Shown here: piece by piece, positions 38,829-52,300 of the stretch
Layout of the letters: every line of letters starts with the position of its first letter
Position numbering within the stretch: the stretch's first letter is position 1
NCBI GenBank assembly: GCA_051294375.1
Contig: CM119264.1
Location: 1,807,298 to 1,871,297 of the forward strand
Length of the DNA stretch: 64,000 nucleotides
DNA from: Paraspadella gotoi
Lineage: Eukaryota > Animalia > Chaetognatha
Direction of reading: 5' to 3'
The notes under the pieces: model-generated
Seen by the model: only the letters and a program-made list of their open reading frames with translations
The model's database searches: none
Told to the model about the DNA's origin: nothing
Made by a program: the position numbers and the translations under genes

Positions 38829-41664
38829 TTAGTTTCTTTTCTCTGACGTCCTTAAGAGGAGAAAATCCTTCAATCTCGCCGGCAGAGGGATCGACTTAAG
38901 TTTATCCGGGAGATAACATCCGTGTCCAAGAGATTTCCTGATGGTCATGCGGCAAAAGTCTTGCAGCTTGCGAGGAGACGGTTTTCCGCAATTTAAGACG
39001 CTGCGACGAATTCGGGCGACGACTACCCCATGCTGCAACTGGGAGGTGTTGGCGTTGGCCGAGTTGGAGGAGCTGGAGAAAAAAAACTTAAAATTTATTA
39101 AAATTTTCTCTTTTTGGTCGGCCTTTCAGATATTTAAATATTTAACACAAAAAATATCATAACAAATAAACCAAATCGTAAATAATAAATATTTTTTTAA
39201 ATATTTTAAAAATAGCAATTTTGATAACCTAGTTTTCCTGCTGCTGTTGCGACTCCCGGTATTGATGATAAGCGAGTCTCGTATGGACGAGGCTCTAAAT
39301 AGAATATCAAAACTGTAAGGTTCAGATCTTCTCGGATCGCGAAAATTAGTGGGATTCGGAAACGCGCGGCAGATAACCTGTGATGCGAAAGTGATAATAA
39401 TAATAATTGCTAATAATAATTAATTAGCCCTGTCGGGCCATCAGAAATTGCTAGGCGGACTATGTTTCAAGTCCTTCCCAGCGGGGTATTGGGATTAGTT
39501 TTCAATTAGCAATAACCGCGCCTCAGTTAATACTTCACTGGCTACGGTATCGCCACTGCGCAAAGCTGGTGAATCAGCTTTCTTTCAAGACATGAATTTT
39601 CTTTCGAATTTTTTCCATTCAACGGAAATGAGATTAATTATTTTAGATAAATAAATGCTTGAACCGTATAATTACAATTTTCAAAAGAAAAACGATTTTA
39701 AATATAAATATTTGATGATAAACAAAGGGTATTTTGTTCAAACCCTAACGAACCACCAAGCTTTAGACCTTTGATCATAAAAAAACGCCTATACTAATAT
39801 ATGCAAATGAGATTATTCGATCTTGCTCACGAATGGAATATACTTGCCTGGAGCGGATTCCACCCCATTCTATTTCGCATTCTCATATTCGGATTATAAT
39901 CCAAAAGGATCTTGAGCACTTGAAGGTTATCTTCTCGACTTGCTTTGTGGACGGGTGAGTCCCCTTTATCGTTAACGGCGTCCACGCGGGCGCCGCGCGA
40001 GAGGAGAAGCTTAGCGGCGCGCGACTTAGGATTGGAGAATTTGGGTATTGGAAAAGAGAAATTGATAGACAGACCGACCACCGGAGTGCCCAACCTGTCC
40101 TCCAGAAGCCGCGCAATGAAGCGGCGTCTCTCCTTTGAAAGAACGCAGGTGGACGCGCCGCTCGATCTCGGTATCGTCTTCGGCTTCGGCAAAGAGGATC
40201 TTCACCAAACTCTCAAAGTGACATTTGGCCGCGTAGTGAATAGCGGTTTTTCCGGATAAGTCGGTAGCATCCGCCTTGGATGGAGTAGGAGAAATCTAGG
40301 CATCATTTCAGTTAAGATTCACTTAAGATATATTTCAATACAAAACTCTCTTGGACAGAATTGCAAAATAACAAACACCTGCACCACATTTATAGTACCC
40401 TCGCGCCGCAAATAATCGCGCTGCAAATAATCCGGCACTGTATTAAAAAAATTCGAATACCCTGGCGCAGCATTGAAAGACTAATGCCATAGCCTGGCGC
40501 CACATGTAAGAGAGGAAATATTTTTACGCCTCATAGAAATACTCGAAGAGGCGTCGTAATTAAACACAATTTCCCTCACACCGTAGTTAAAATAAAAAAA
40601 CAAATACCCTGGCGCCATATTTTAGTAGCAAAAGAACGGCGGGAAGGTTTTTCATTCGCGCGGCGAAGTGGAGTGGCAGCCAATTAGCGTGATTCTGGTT
40701 GAGGTCAAAACCAGAGGCTTTGAATTCTTTCAAGTGATCTTCAAGAGCGGAAATCGACTAGAAAGATTGAAAGGAGTGAAGTAAATTAAGTTTGTAGAGT
40801 CATCACATGCACTGTTTAATTAATGATTAAGAAAACGTCCAATTTGGGATCAAGTGCAGTATTTTTTTTCTTTTATTGAAAACCAATATTTCGATCTTAT
40901 TGATCATCGTTCAGGGTAAGAGTGAAATGACCCTCTTCACTCTCACCCTGAACGATGATCTGTCAAATAAGATCGAAATATTGGTTTTCAATAAAAGAAA
41001 AAAAATACTGCACTTGATCCCAAATTCGACGTTTTCTTAATCAGTGAAGTAAATTATTTTTTTAGTTTTAATTACCTAAATAACATGTCGTAAAAAAAGT
41101 ACAGGGAACCTTCAAAACTTTTTTTTACTTTTTAGTCGTCCGTTTCAAATATTTTTTTACCGTGAGGTTATCATTTCTACACCTGCTTTACTTGCCCGAT
41201 GCCCAACGTCCAACAACAGCTCCGACAAACATTGGAGCAGCTTAGGGTAACCAAATTCGGATCATAGACATTATTGTATCATATTGTATCAAAACTATAT
41301 TATATATTGCAGTAGTAGCAATCACAATTTCTCACAGAACGAAAGAAGATTAATCAAAATTTCAACCCTTGTCAACGAATTTTAAAGAAACACCGCTGCA
41401 TTAGACAATTTCCACCCCCCCCCCAAAAAAAAAAAATATTACCCTCGGATGAGTCCCTTGGTCGCCAGCTTGTCTCCGGTCAGTTGGATCAGTCGCAATA
41501 TCGCGTAGTAAAACGTTCGTCATCTCCATCTGATTTTGAATGGATTCCAAGACATGATACATTTTCGGATCTACTCTTGAGTTATCGTCATTACGATTAC
41601 AATTGCTATTTTGATTACGACTACTTCTATTCAGATCACGGTAAAATATCGATAGTTTAGACAT
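38829..41664 (-). CDS. Ankyrin repeat and SOCS box protein (ASB-like)
   Basis: Exons 41664-41443, 41240-41196, 40757-40608, 40274-40095, 40024-39848, 39377-39229 and 39072-38829. Ankyrin repeats LPLHFAA, GKTAIHYAA, GETPLHCAA, GDSPVHKAS, GWNPLQ. SOCS box PRKLQDFCRMTIRKSL...IPLPARLKDFLL. The model needs two GC donors. Confidence 0.88.
39425..39567 (-). ncRNA. RNU4: U4 spliceosomal snRNA, copy 1 (inside ASB intron, same strand)
   Basis: Sense AGCTTTGCGCAGTGGCGATACCGTAGCCAGTGAAG..TGAGGCGCGGTTATTGCTAATTGAAAACT..CCCAATACCCCGC, Sm site AATTTCTG and 3' hairpin; 143 nt. Confidence 0.95.
39801..39808. promoter_or_regulatory. Octamer (DSE-like) for U4 copy 1
   Basis: ATGCAAAT ~235 bp upstream of U4 +1. 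The 16-mer atatgcaaatgagatt is shared with the same position of copy 2. Confidence 0.7.
40789..41042. mobile_element. Fold-back insertion (~220-bp near-perfect palindrome) flanked by a 14-bp direct repeat
   Basis: Arms of ~105 bp (40824-~40926 vs ~40935-41043). agtgaagtaaatta occurs at 40775-40788 and 41043-41056. Confidence 0.75.
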
Positions 41665-42063
41665 CGGGATTGTTAGTGTAAATGGTTTTCATTCGTGTTA
41701 GAACAGGCTGTCGACGTCGAGTGGCCACTGCTGCTGCGGAATCAGCAACGTCGCACTGTCGCCGTCGCAGCCGCTGCTCGGAATCTCCTGCTGCATTCGC
41801 TGCTCAAAATGCTCTTCCGCTTCCTCCTCCCATTTGTTCACTCAATAATGTTTTATTATAATTTGGCATAATTTAATACTCCCTAAAGGTACAAAATAAA
41901 ATTGAATGACCCTTGTTGTGATGTTAACTAGCCGATGTCATTGCTAAGAAATAAAGGTTTCCGAATGTAGATACAATTAAACGTAACAATTTTCAGTTGC
42001 TCTTTTGTCATTTGCTCTCGATTCTAACCTAGCGCGCTCGAGGCGACAGAGTTTGTTCATATT

Positions 42064-42077
42064 GTTGCCTAGGTAAC
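42064..42077. promoter_or_regulatory. RFX X-box in the divergent ASB/CCDC178 promoter
   Basis: GTTGCCTAGGTAAC fits the X-box consensus GTTNCC-N2-GGNAAC and lies between head-to-head start codons (41664 minus, 42408 plus). Confidence 0.65.
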
Positions 42078-42407
42078 AAAAGACTCGTAACGTGTAGTTT
42101 TCAAACTTATTTTAATCATATTTACTTAAAGTCGAGTAGAACTCAGAAAAGCTTAGAAAGAAAGCATTTAACAAGCATTCAACAACGCTACCAAGCAGAA
42201 CGACGGGCACGAAACTGTAATCGTCGGGTTTACCAAAAAATAAGTCAATAGTCAATTAGAAAAAATAGAATTGAAGCATTGACAATAAAGATAAGAATCA
42301 AAGATGACAATTCTCGATTTCCATGAAAGCCGATCGGCGATAAATTAGCCGATTAAAAAAAAATTGAGCCGAATGATTTAAAAGAGTCGGAATCTTTAAT
42401 ATCAACG

Positions 42408-45400
42408 ATGAAGAAATTCGGCGGCGTGACGTTGGAGGAAGCGTCGAAGAATTGGAGAAACAAGATGGCCGCCGAATCTTACGAAAGCGTCGATACGACG
42501 GACACGACGACCCGAGAGACCTCTTCGGGTGAGTATACGGTTTAAGGATTTTATGGATGATTTTGTACATGTAGGAGTATATTATATATCAATTTCGTTT
42601 TCGTCTTTTACCTTTTTCCTCAAAAACATTTTATTAAATTTGTATATAATCTCAATTTAATGATATTTATCCACTTTTATCATTTAATTATTTATTGAGA
42701 TAAGTTATCATGAAACTTCATCTCATTGATAAATATTTTTGAAAACATTTTAGAGTAGTCAGAACTTAATGTTTTATAATGATATTGTACAAATCAAATC
42801 AAATAATTTTTTTTCGGTTTTTATTCAAAAGTATTTTTTTTAATTGAACATGTGAATTGAATATAATTTAAATTGAACATCATTCATTCTTAAATAAAGT
42901 TATTTTTTAATTTATTTCATTTGTTCATTCATTCTTTTCCGTCAGGCGCGCCACTTCGAAGCAACGAAACTCTGGATCATTTTCCAAACGATTTGGTCCG
43001 ATCTTCTTCCTTGAAATCCATATCGAATCCATTGCCTCTACCGGGTAAATTTGATTGAGATCTTTACTGATTGATTGATTGATTAATTGATTGGCTTATG
43101 GATTGATTGATGTATTCAAGGCTTGCTTCATGACTGAGTGGCTTCGTGGATCGAACCATTGATTAATAGTTTTATCGATTTCTTTTTTTTGTTTTTTGTT
43201 GTTTTTTTTTTCATCAGGTGAGATGTTTTTATTGCGTTACTGATTTTTTTTTGTTTTTTGAGTGAATAAAATAAAGCAAATAAAATGTTTTCAATTTGTT
43301 TATCTTTTCATTCATTATGACTCCATCCTCCGCCAGAGGGGCTCCCTTCCCCGTCGGACGGCGCGACCCCCCAACGCTTCGTCAGCGCCCGCGAGTTGAT
43401 CGACCGTCGGAGCATCAGATCACGAGCGGCCAAGTTCCCGCGAGATTGGCCCAAGTCTCGTTTGGGACAAATTAGGAGACGAAGGCGAGTCGCCATTGTG
43501 TTGGTTATAAAGGAGTAGTCCTTTTATACAATTATATTATATTATTATATTATATTATACAATACAATTATACAATTAAGGAGGCAAGGAGAGATAAACT
43601 AGACTGTGAAAAAGATTTGAAATAGACATTATTACACCATAGACTGTCCGAAGACAGGGGCAAGGTAGCTTTTTTATTTAATGAATGAATTGAATAAATC
43701 AATTTATATTGTTCCTGAAAGTACAACCAAATTTGTCTCAAAGTCAGAGAATTAAATTTTAAATTCTATTGCAGTTGTACGAGCGCCAACCTTTTGCATC
43801 CCTGTGTCAAAAAAGCCGTATCGCATTTGGAACTTTTGCAAATGGCCATTGAAGATTGGTTCATCGATCAGCAGAAAGATCAGGAGCCTAAAGTATGTTA
43901 ATTTATGAATAGAATTCTAACATTGAATAAGGAATTTATTAGCCTTCAAAGGCCATCAGAAATTGCTAGGCGGACTATGTTTCAAGTCCTTCCCAGCGGG
44001 GTATTGGGATTAGTTTTCAATTAGCAATAACCGCGCCTCAGTTAAGACTTCACTGGCTACGGTATCGCCACTGCGCAAAGCTGAAGAGGAAGGAAAAATT
44101 TGGTTTATATAAGGACTCTCTAAATCCAAACCCATCCATCTATAATATTAATGTTTATCTTTGCTTTATTAAAAATTCTAGAAAATTATTACAAGTTTAT
44201 CTATAACGTTATCGTACAGCAACAGTAATTATACTTGGATATTTATGATTGGACCCATAAATTATTTAACATAGCTGTTCTATGCCAAATAGCGAATTAC
44301 TACAATATGCAAATGAGATTTTGGAGCCATAAGTGAATCGGTTCTTCCTTTTCTTAAAAGTTAACTATTATTTGAAAGCTTATTTTTAGTTGAATGTTGT
44401 CTTTTCTATGGCATAGTACCTACTAATTATTAAATCTGCTAGTTAATGCTTTATTAATCGACCAGGAACCGTCAGTCGAACCAAAAATTGGCGGCCGATC
44501 CACGTGGCAATCTGGCCTAACCTTCATTTCGAGACAAGAAACAGAAAGAGACGACGCCTCGATTCACACGAGTAAATATATACTATACTAAATTATATTA
44601 TGTATTATATCATATATTATACTAAAATAAAGAGGAAAGGGACAACTCTTGACTTCACGGAAAGATGGAAGGGGTCGCAGAGGAAATGGTGTCATGAATA
44701 ATTTTGCGGAATCAAATAAGATTTCAAAAAAAAAGACAATTTTGAAAATTTTTCTCTTTAATTAACCTAATATTGCCAAATTGTGAGGTAAAAAAATGTT
44801 ATTATCAATATATTTTAATTTGAAGTTTAAATTTAAAACTTGCAACTATTTTTTTGTTGATTCCTTCTTTAATCCATTAAGACGACAGCGGAGAAACTCT
44901 CGACGACGAACCATCACGAACCGCATCTGTTCCTCAAAACCAAGGAAGCAAAACTGACAAGGCTTTCGACCCAAACGCCATCTCTAAAGAGTCGCCCGCC
45001 ATCTGCAAAGAGTCACCCGCCAATCGCGGGTCAAAAGCGTCACACGCCAGCCTCGCGTCAAAGCCTTCCGCCACGAGTCTCGCGTCTAAGTCTCACGCCA
45101 CAGAGACGCAGGACGCTGACGTCAACGTCAAGTCTCGCGTCGATGACGACGATGACGCGGACGATAATGAAGCGACGACCGGCGCCGTGTCCTCCACACG
45201 CGCTACGCCGGGACAGCGCGCAGCACGCGCTACGCACGTCTCGCGCGTTCCGCCATTGTCTTCGATCGCATCGTCAGTCTATCAACGCGAAGAGGAGGAA
45301 GAAGAAGAAGAGGAGACGCGGTTTGAGGAGAACTACGTTGAAACCGAAGTTGAGGAGGAAGAGGAGGAAGAGGAACGCTTCCAGCTGCCGGAGATCAGCG

Positions 45401-48400
45401 CCGAAGAGATCGTGAGTGAAGTGATGCAGCTCCTGCAGCGGCTGGAGCGGGACCGGATTAGGTTGGAGGACCGGGTCAAGCAGGAGCGCAATCTCATAGT
45501 GCGGCTGCAAGAGGTTAGATAATTTCGTTGATGGGATTGGGACTGGTAGGTTTTATTTGTGCTCACTGTTTTCTGTTTACTATTTAGCTATCTCTAGTAG
45601 AATACATACTTAGTAATAAATGCAATGTATAAAAGACTGAAAGAAAAAAAGAGTTTCGATCATTAGTTTTAATTTAATTCTCGCTTCAAAAAAGCATGTA
45701 CATGTCAATGCTGGTTTTATTCAAGATTAATACGTAAGATTATTTTGAGGCAGATAATTCTTTAAGAATCATTAAAATCTAAAATCATTTAATTGTGCAT
45801 TTCCCACATTTTCAAATTCTGAATAACAGCGACTCGACCATTTGCGACCTTGTCTACCTTGATACCGTAACATGTATAACTTCCAACATTTATCATTGGA
45901 ACTTCGAACGTCTTTTCCTCATTTAATTTGACAAACTTTGTTTTCACCTTCATTAATGTTTTCCAATGTTTTTCGTCATTGGATGCAACCAACTCGAATT
46001 CAGTCGGCGATTGGTAAAACACATAATCGATCCGAGATGAGAAACCAATTTTTACAATCTTTTTTGGGCTACTGAATTTGTACCAAACCTTTTGGGGCAA
46101 CTTTGCTCCATCTTTGTTTGCCCATGGAAATTTTCCGCGAGTTTGTGGAACAAACGCCCTCATTGCATTATGATCATTGCGCCAGATTGAGTCGGCATAA
46201 GCATGACCATTTTCGAATACCACGGGGGTTATTGTCGTTGCTGCAAGGAAATAATGAGTAGTTTTTATTTAAATATTAAATATTGAGCAAGTAAAAATAT
46301 TTATACCTGGACTTGATTGTTCCAGAAGTTTCCACATGCGTAGATTCTGAATGACGGCAATATCTCCAACGGCAACGGAATTAACTTTAATGCCATAGCA
46401 TTTGTAAGGTTTTGCCTTTTCTATCGGAACCTCAAAAACTTTTTCTTGGTTTAATTTTGTAAACTTTGTTTTAATCTTGACAATGGTTTCCCAAGTTTTG
46501 CAATCATTTGATGCAACTAATTCAAATTCCGTTGGTGATTGTGTGAATATATAATCAATTCGTGAGGAAAATGAAAATCTCAACACAGTGATAGGTTGTG
46601 GAAACTGATACCAAACCGTTTGTGGCAACCCTGATCCAGCTTTGTTTGCCCAGGGAAATTTTCCTTTTGTTTGTGGTATGAAGGCTCTCATTGCATTGTG
46701 ATCATTGCGCCAGATTGAGTCAGCATAAGCATGACCATTTTCAAATGCCACGGGGGTTATTGTCGTTGCTGCAAGGGAATAATGAGTAGTTTTTATTTAA
46801 ATATTAATTATTGAGCAAGTAAAAATATTTATACCTGGACTTGATTGTTCCAGAAGTTTCCACATGTGCAGATTTTGAATGACAGCAATATCTCCAATGG
46901 CAACGGAATTAACTTTAATGCCATAGCATTTGTAAGGTTTTGCCTTTTCTATCGGAACCTCAAAAACTTTTTCTTGGTTTAATTTTGTAAACTTTGTTTT
47001 AATCTTGACAATGGTTTCCCAAGTTTTGCAATCATTTGATGCAACTAATTCGAATTCCGTTGGTGATTGTGTGAATATATAATCAATTCGTGAGGAAAAT
47101 GAAAATCTCAACACGGTGATAGGTTGTGGAAACTGATACCAAACCGTTTGTGGCAACCCTGATCCAGCTTTGTTTGCCCAGGGAAATTTTCCCTTTGTTT
47201 GTGGTACGAAGGCTCTCATCGCATTATGATCATTGCGCCAGATTGAGTCAGCATAAGCATGACCATTTTCAAATGCCACGGGGGTTATTGTTGTTGCTGC
47301 AAGGGAATAATGAGTAGTTTTTATTTAAATATTAATTATTGAGCAAGTAAAAATATTTCTACCTGGACTTGATTGTTCCAGAAGTTTCCACATGCGTAGA
47401 TTCTGAATGACGGCAATATCTCCAACGGCAACGGAATTAACTTTAATGCCATAGCATTTGTAAGGTTTTGCCTTTTCTATTGGAACCTCAAAAACTTTTT
47501 CTTGGTTTAATTTTGTAAACTTTGTTTTAATCTTGACAATGGTTTCCCAAGTTTTGCAATCATTTGATGCAACTAATTCGAATTCCGTTGGTGATTGTGT
47601 GAATATATAATCAATTCGTGAGGAAAATGAAAATCTCAACACAGTGATAGGTTGTGGAAACTGATACCAAACCGTTTGTGGCAACCCTGATCCAGCTTTG
47701 TTTGCCCAGGGAAATTTTCCTTTTGTTTGTGGTACGAAGGCTCTCATTGCATTATGATCATTGCGCCAGATTGAGTCAGCATAAGCATGACCATTTTCAA
47801 ATACCACGGGGGTTATTGTCGTTGCTGCAAGGGAATAATGAGTAGTTTTTATTTAAATATTAATTAATGAGCAAGTAAAAATATTTCTACCTGGACTTGA
47901 TTGTTTTAGAAGTTTCCACATGCATAGATTCTGAATGACAGCAATATCTCCAACGGCAACAGAATTAATTTTAATGCCATAGCATTTGTAAGGTTTAGCC
48001 TTTTCTATAGGAACCTGAAAAACTTTTTCTTGGTTTAATTTTGTAAACTTTGTTTTAATATTGACAATGGTTTCCCAAGTTTTGCAATCATTTGATGCGA
48101 CTAATTCGAATTCCGTTGGTGATTGTGTGAATATATAATCAATTCGTGAGGAAAATGAAAATCTCAACACAGTGATAGGTTGTGGAAACTGATACCAAAC
48201 CGTCTGAGGCAACCCTGATCCAGCTTTGTTCGCCCAGGGAAATTTTCCCTGTGTTTGTGGCACAAAGGCTCTCATCGCATTGTGATCATTGCGCCAGATC
48301 GAGTCTGCACCTGCACGACCTTGAGTGAAATCCACTTTGACGAGAGCTGATGAGGGAAAAGAAAAAAAGAAAAAGTTTTTATCTAGATTAAAGGAGAATT

Positions 48401-48665
48401 GAAAATAAAAGTGAATATAAACGCATTTCAAATGGGGCTAAAAAATTCTCAATTTGTTTTACAGGAAAATAAACGTTAGGAATTTTTTTAACAAATAAAT
48501 TGGACCAATATCAATCATAATCGGCTAGGAGTTGTCACAACTCTTTTCATTTCACTACCTGTAATTTACATTGAATATTACTAGTAAAAAATTCATCTAA
48601 ACAAAGAAAGAGAGAGTGACATCTTTAGAGAGATAATGAAAGAAAAAAAAAAGAAAGAAGAAAAT

Positions 48666-48714
<49 letters not shown>

Positions 48715-48718
48715 AGAA

Positions 48719-48771
<53 letters not shown>

Positions 48772-49260
48772 GATTGAACGATGAACAAGTAATTTTTCAC
48801 AATCATTCCCTCTTTTTTAATCACAAGCGTTTAAAATAACCTCTAGTGACCCTCAGCAAAGGTTGTCACGATCAGGCGTCAGGAAAAAGTACCTGGCTTT
48901 TCCTTTTCCAAGTCAATCAGTTCCCACATTTTGATATTCTGAATCAATTTGACCCATCAAACGTCTGTTCCTCATTTAATTTGACAAACTTTTTGAGGCA
49001 ACGAAGCTCTTTCCTTACTTGTAATTCCTATCTTTCGCAACCAAAAATATTTAACTAATTGATTATACATTAAATAACATTTTATTCCATCACTCAATTT
49101 CACTGATTGTGGAAAGAGTCAGGGAGGAAGGGAAAGGAAAATATTTAAATTTTGTGAACAAAAATTGTATCATTTGATATAACTCACATTTCACTCTGGG
49201 TAAAATTCATGAAGGAAAGGGTGAAGACAAAAACTAGTATGAAGAGAGGCAGAGACACAC

Positions 49261-49319
<59 letters not shown>

Positions 49320-52300
49320 ATCAGACTAAACGTTTTAACTAATGATTAATGAATAGTAACTTATTTAGATTCTTTTCAATCACTTGACGTTAAAATATCC
49401 TCACATAACTCTCAATAAAATCTCCTAACGAATCAGGCGTCAGGCGAACTGCACCTGGCTTTTCCTCTTCCTCTTCCACGCAGACCCTCTGGACGAGCGA
49501 CTTGGCGACTCGGCCGACGTCGTCGAAATCCTTTGCTATCACGACTCGATCTTCGGCGCCGGCGATGTCCACGAGTCCTGATCTTTTGACGCCGGTTCCG
49601 ATCCCAATCGCGTAGACGACGACGCCGTCTTTGGCCCAAAGGGACGCCGCTTTTTTGGTTTTGATCTCCTGGGTGACGCCGCTTGGATCCCCGTCCGTGA
49701 AGACGAAACAGAACTGAAACGGAGATGACATTCGAAGAGACAAGACGATGTAAAAGAAAACAGGCTTTACATTTAGAGAAACAGGGTTGATGTGAGAAGA
49801 AAACAGAAGAAACACATCAAATGAAGAACAGACTTTAAAGAATCTATTGCCATCAGAAGAAACTGACCAAATTCCTAAACAATGAAAAAAAAACATACCA
49901 GTGAAAAAAAGGTCGGATTTAAAACAATATTGGTTTTATCAATTTCATAGTGTTCCTGAACTAAAATATACTAACGGTAAAAACAAAAAAAATCATTTTC
50001 CTTAAACCACAAAAAAACAGAACATTAAAAATATCCAAAAAAACCTACAACCAAACCAATACCGGGCCTTATTTTCGTAAAGAGTCCCATTTCACATTAA
50101 ATTCTAAAATATATTTTTTTTAGGTTCAAATATTAGGATACCATCACAGATGAATGAAACTCGGAAACAGAGGAAAGGATTAAGGAAGAGGATTCCGGAA
50201 GAGGAAGAAGATTCTGGAACGATTTCGAACGGGATTTTGGAAGCCAAATCCAGAAAAGGAACAATAGTTTCCGGAAGAGGAAAAGAAGGTTCCAGAAGAG
50301 GAAGAGGAGGATTCCGGAAGAGGAATCTGGCTTCGTCTACTTGCCCATTATAAATAGCCTCTGTTTCTGCTTTGATTAGGTTTAAAATTAGGTCAAGGAT
50401 TAATGTTAGGGATTAGGTTAATGGATTAGGGTTAATGACTTAAATTTAGAGTTTTAAGTTGAAGATTAGGCAATAAGGTTTAGGGTTCAGGGTAATGATT
50501 AGGTTAAGTTTAGGGAATTAGGGATTAGGGTTACAGATTAGATTAAAAGTCTAGTAACAAATTATTTTTAAATAAGTAACTAAATTAAAAATGTTCAGGG
50601 GTAAAGGAACCGAAATGGGGCGTTTTGGGAAAAGAGAGCCACAGTACCATTATTATAATCGACCAATGGACCAATCGTATTCCTCACCCTCCCAGTGTCC
50701 TTGTCTTTTCTCTCTTTCACTTTGAAACGAACAAAGGCTTTTTCCAAAGCGTCGCCAGTCAGAGTTCCCCCAGGAACGTAGGAGCTTTTTCTGATTTCTT
50801 CTTGCAAAGAATCCTTGGTTAAGAATCTGAAGGGAGTTGGAGTGAGATTTTTAGGGGGGGGGTTGGGGTCAGTTGGAGTGAGATTTTTAGGGGGGGGGGT
50901 ATGGGTCAGTTCGAGTCGGAGTTCACAATTCGGGGGGAATTTTCGGTGGACATAGGCCGCCTTTGTCGCGGTTTGAGCTCTTTTTGAAATTTGAGTCTTT
51001 CGAGTTTATTTTGTCTTACTCGTGGCAGCAATGTATTATTTTAAATATATTTATCAATGATATCAATATCTAGTACTTTAAAGATATTTCAGTTCTCACT
51101 TGTCCAACGGAAATTCGTCGATCATTTTGGAGGAAAACTTGAAGAGTCCAACTCGCGCTTTGTCTTGACCGATCTCCAACTGGCTCACCACGGAATCTGC
51201 AATTTCCTGAATGACATTTTTATAAACCATTAAGATTTGAACATTACTCTCTTTTGATTAAATTTTAATTTGAAAAAATACCGACCTTCATCACGTGACG
51301 ATAACGCTCCTCGCCCACGCTGCCGGACGAGTCGACGATCAGTTGCAAGTCGATTTTGTGATTTGTCTTGCAGGATTTTCTCGCATCTCCTGGGACATTG
51401 ATGGAGGAGATGAAGATAAATGAAACAAATATTTAATTTTTTAATACTATATTTACCGTAACGAAAGAGAATTTGAGAGAAAACGACAAGAAAGAAAATC
51501 AATTTCATTTTCAATAATTAGATTATTGAAAATATAATCGGCAAATTTTGGAAGAAGAAAGCAAACATTTTAAAAGTTCGACTCTTTATATACAGTGAAA
51601 TTTAAAAAAAATAATTGTTTGCTAAGTAAATACACTTCACGTTTTGTCAGAAAAACCTTTTTTATTAGAAAAACCATGACATAAACTAACTCCGGGGGAT
51701 GCGGCGTCAAGCAGAGCTTTAACTTATTTTCTTTAAACAAACATTAAACATAAAATATAATTTACATATTTTAATCACGTCAATCTAATTTATATACATA
51801 ATTCTAGTTATCGGAAGATCAAAAGAGTTTTAAGGATTAAAAAGTTTTAGAAAAGTGAATAACCGCGAAGTTGCCACCAAAAAAAATTGATTTAGCGGAT
51901 CGGTGGGAAGCGTTTCCATTAAATTATATGGTTAAACTAAAACGTTTAATGAGACTTTTTTCAACATTCGTATGAATTATGACAACAGATTTGATTGATT
52001 TTTGTCTGAGATTTAAAGTTCTGTTTGTCCAACGATCGAAAAATCACCGCCCGAGTTGAAATGATTAATTCGACAAACAATTAAGTCGTTGTCTTCATTA
52101 TTTACCTAAACCGTTTTTGTCCGAATTGTGGAAATGGCTGAAGAGTCCAGAGTGCTATCCGCAACTTCTTTAACACCCTTTAGCAGCCATGGAACTGGTC
52201 TTGAGCTTGGAACCAGGCGTGAGGTTATTCCACGCCCCCAAGGCGGTTTACGGCCGTCGTTAAGATTTCCGTAGGGTAGGTACCATTAAGGATCGATCCC

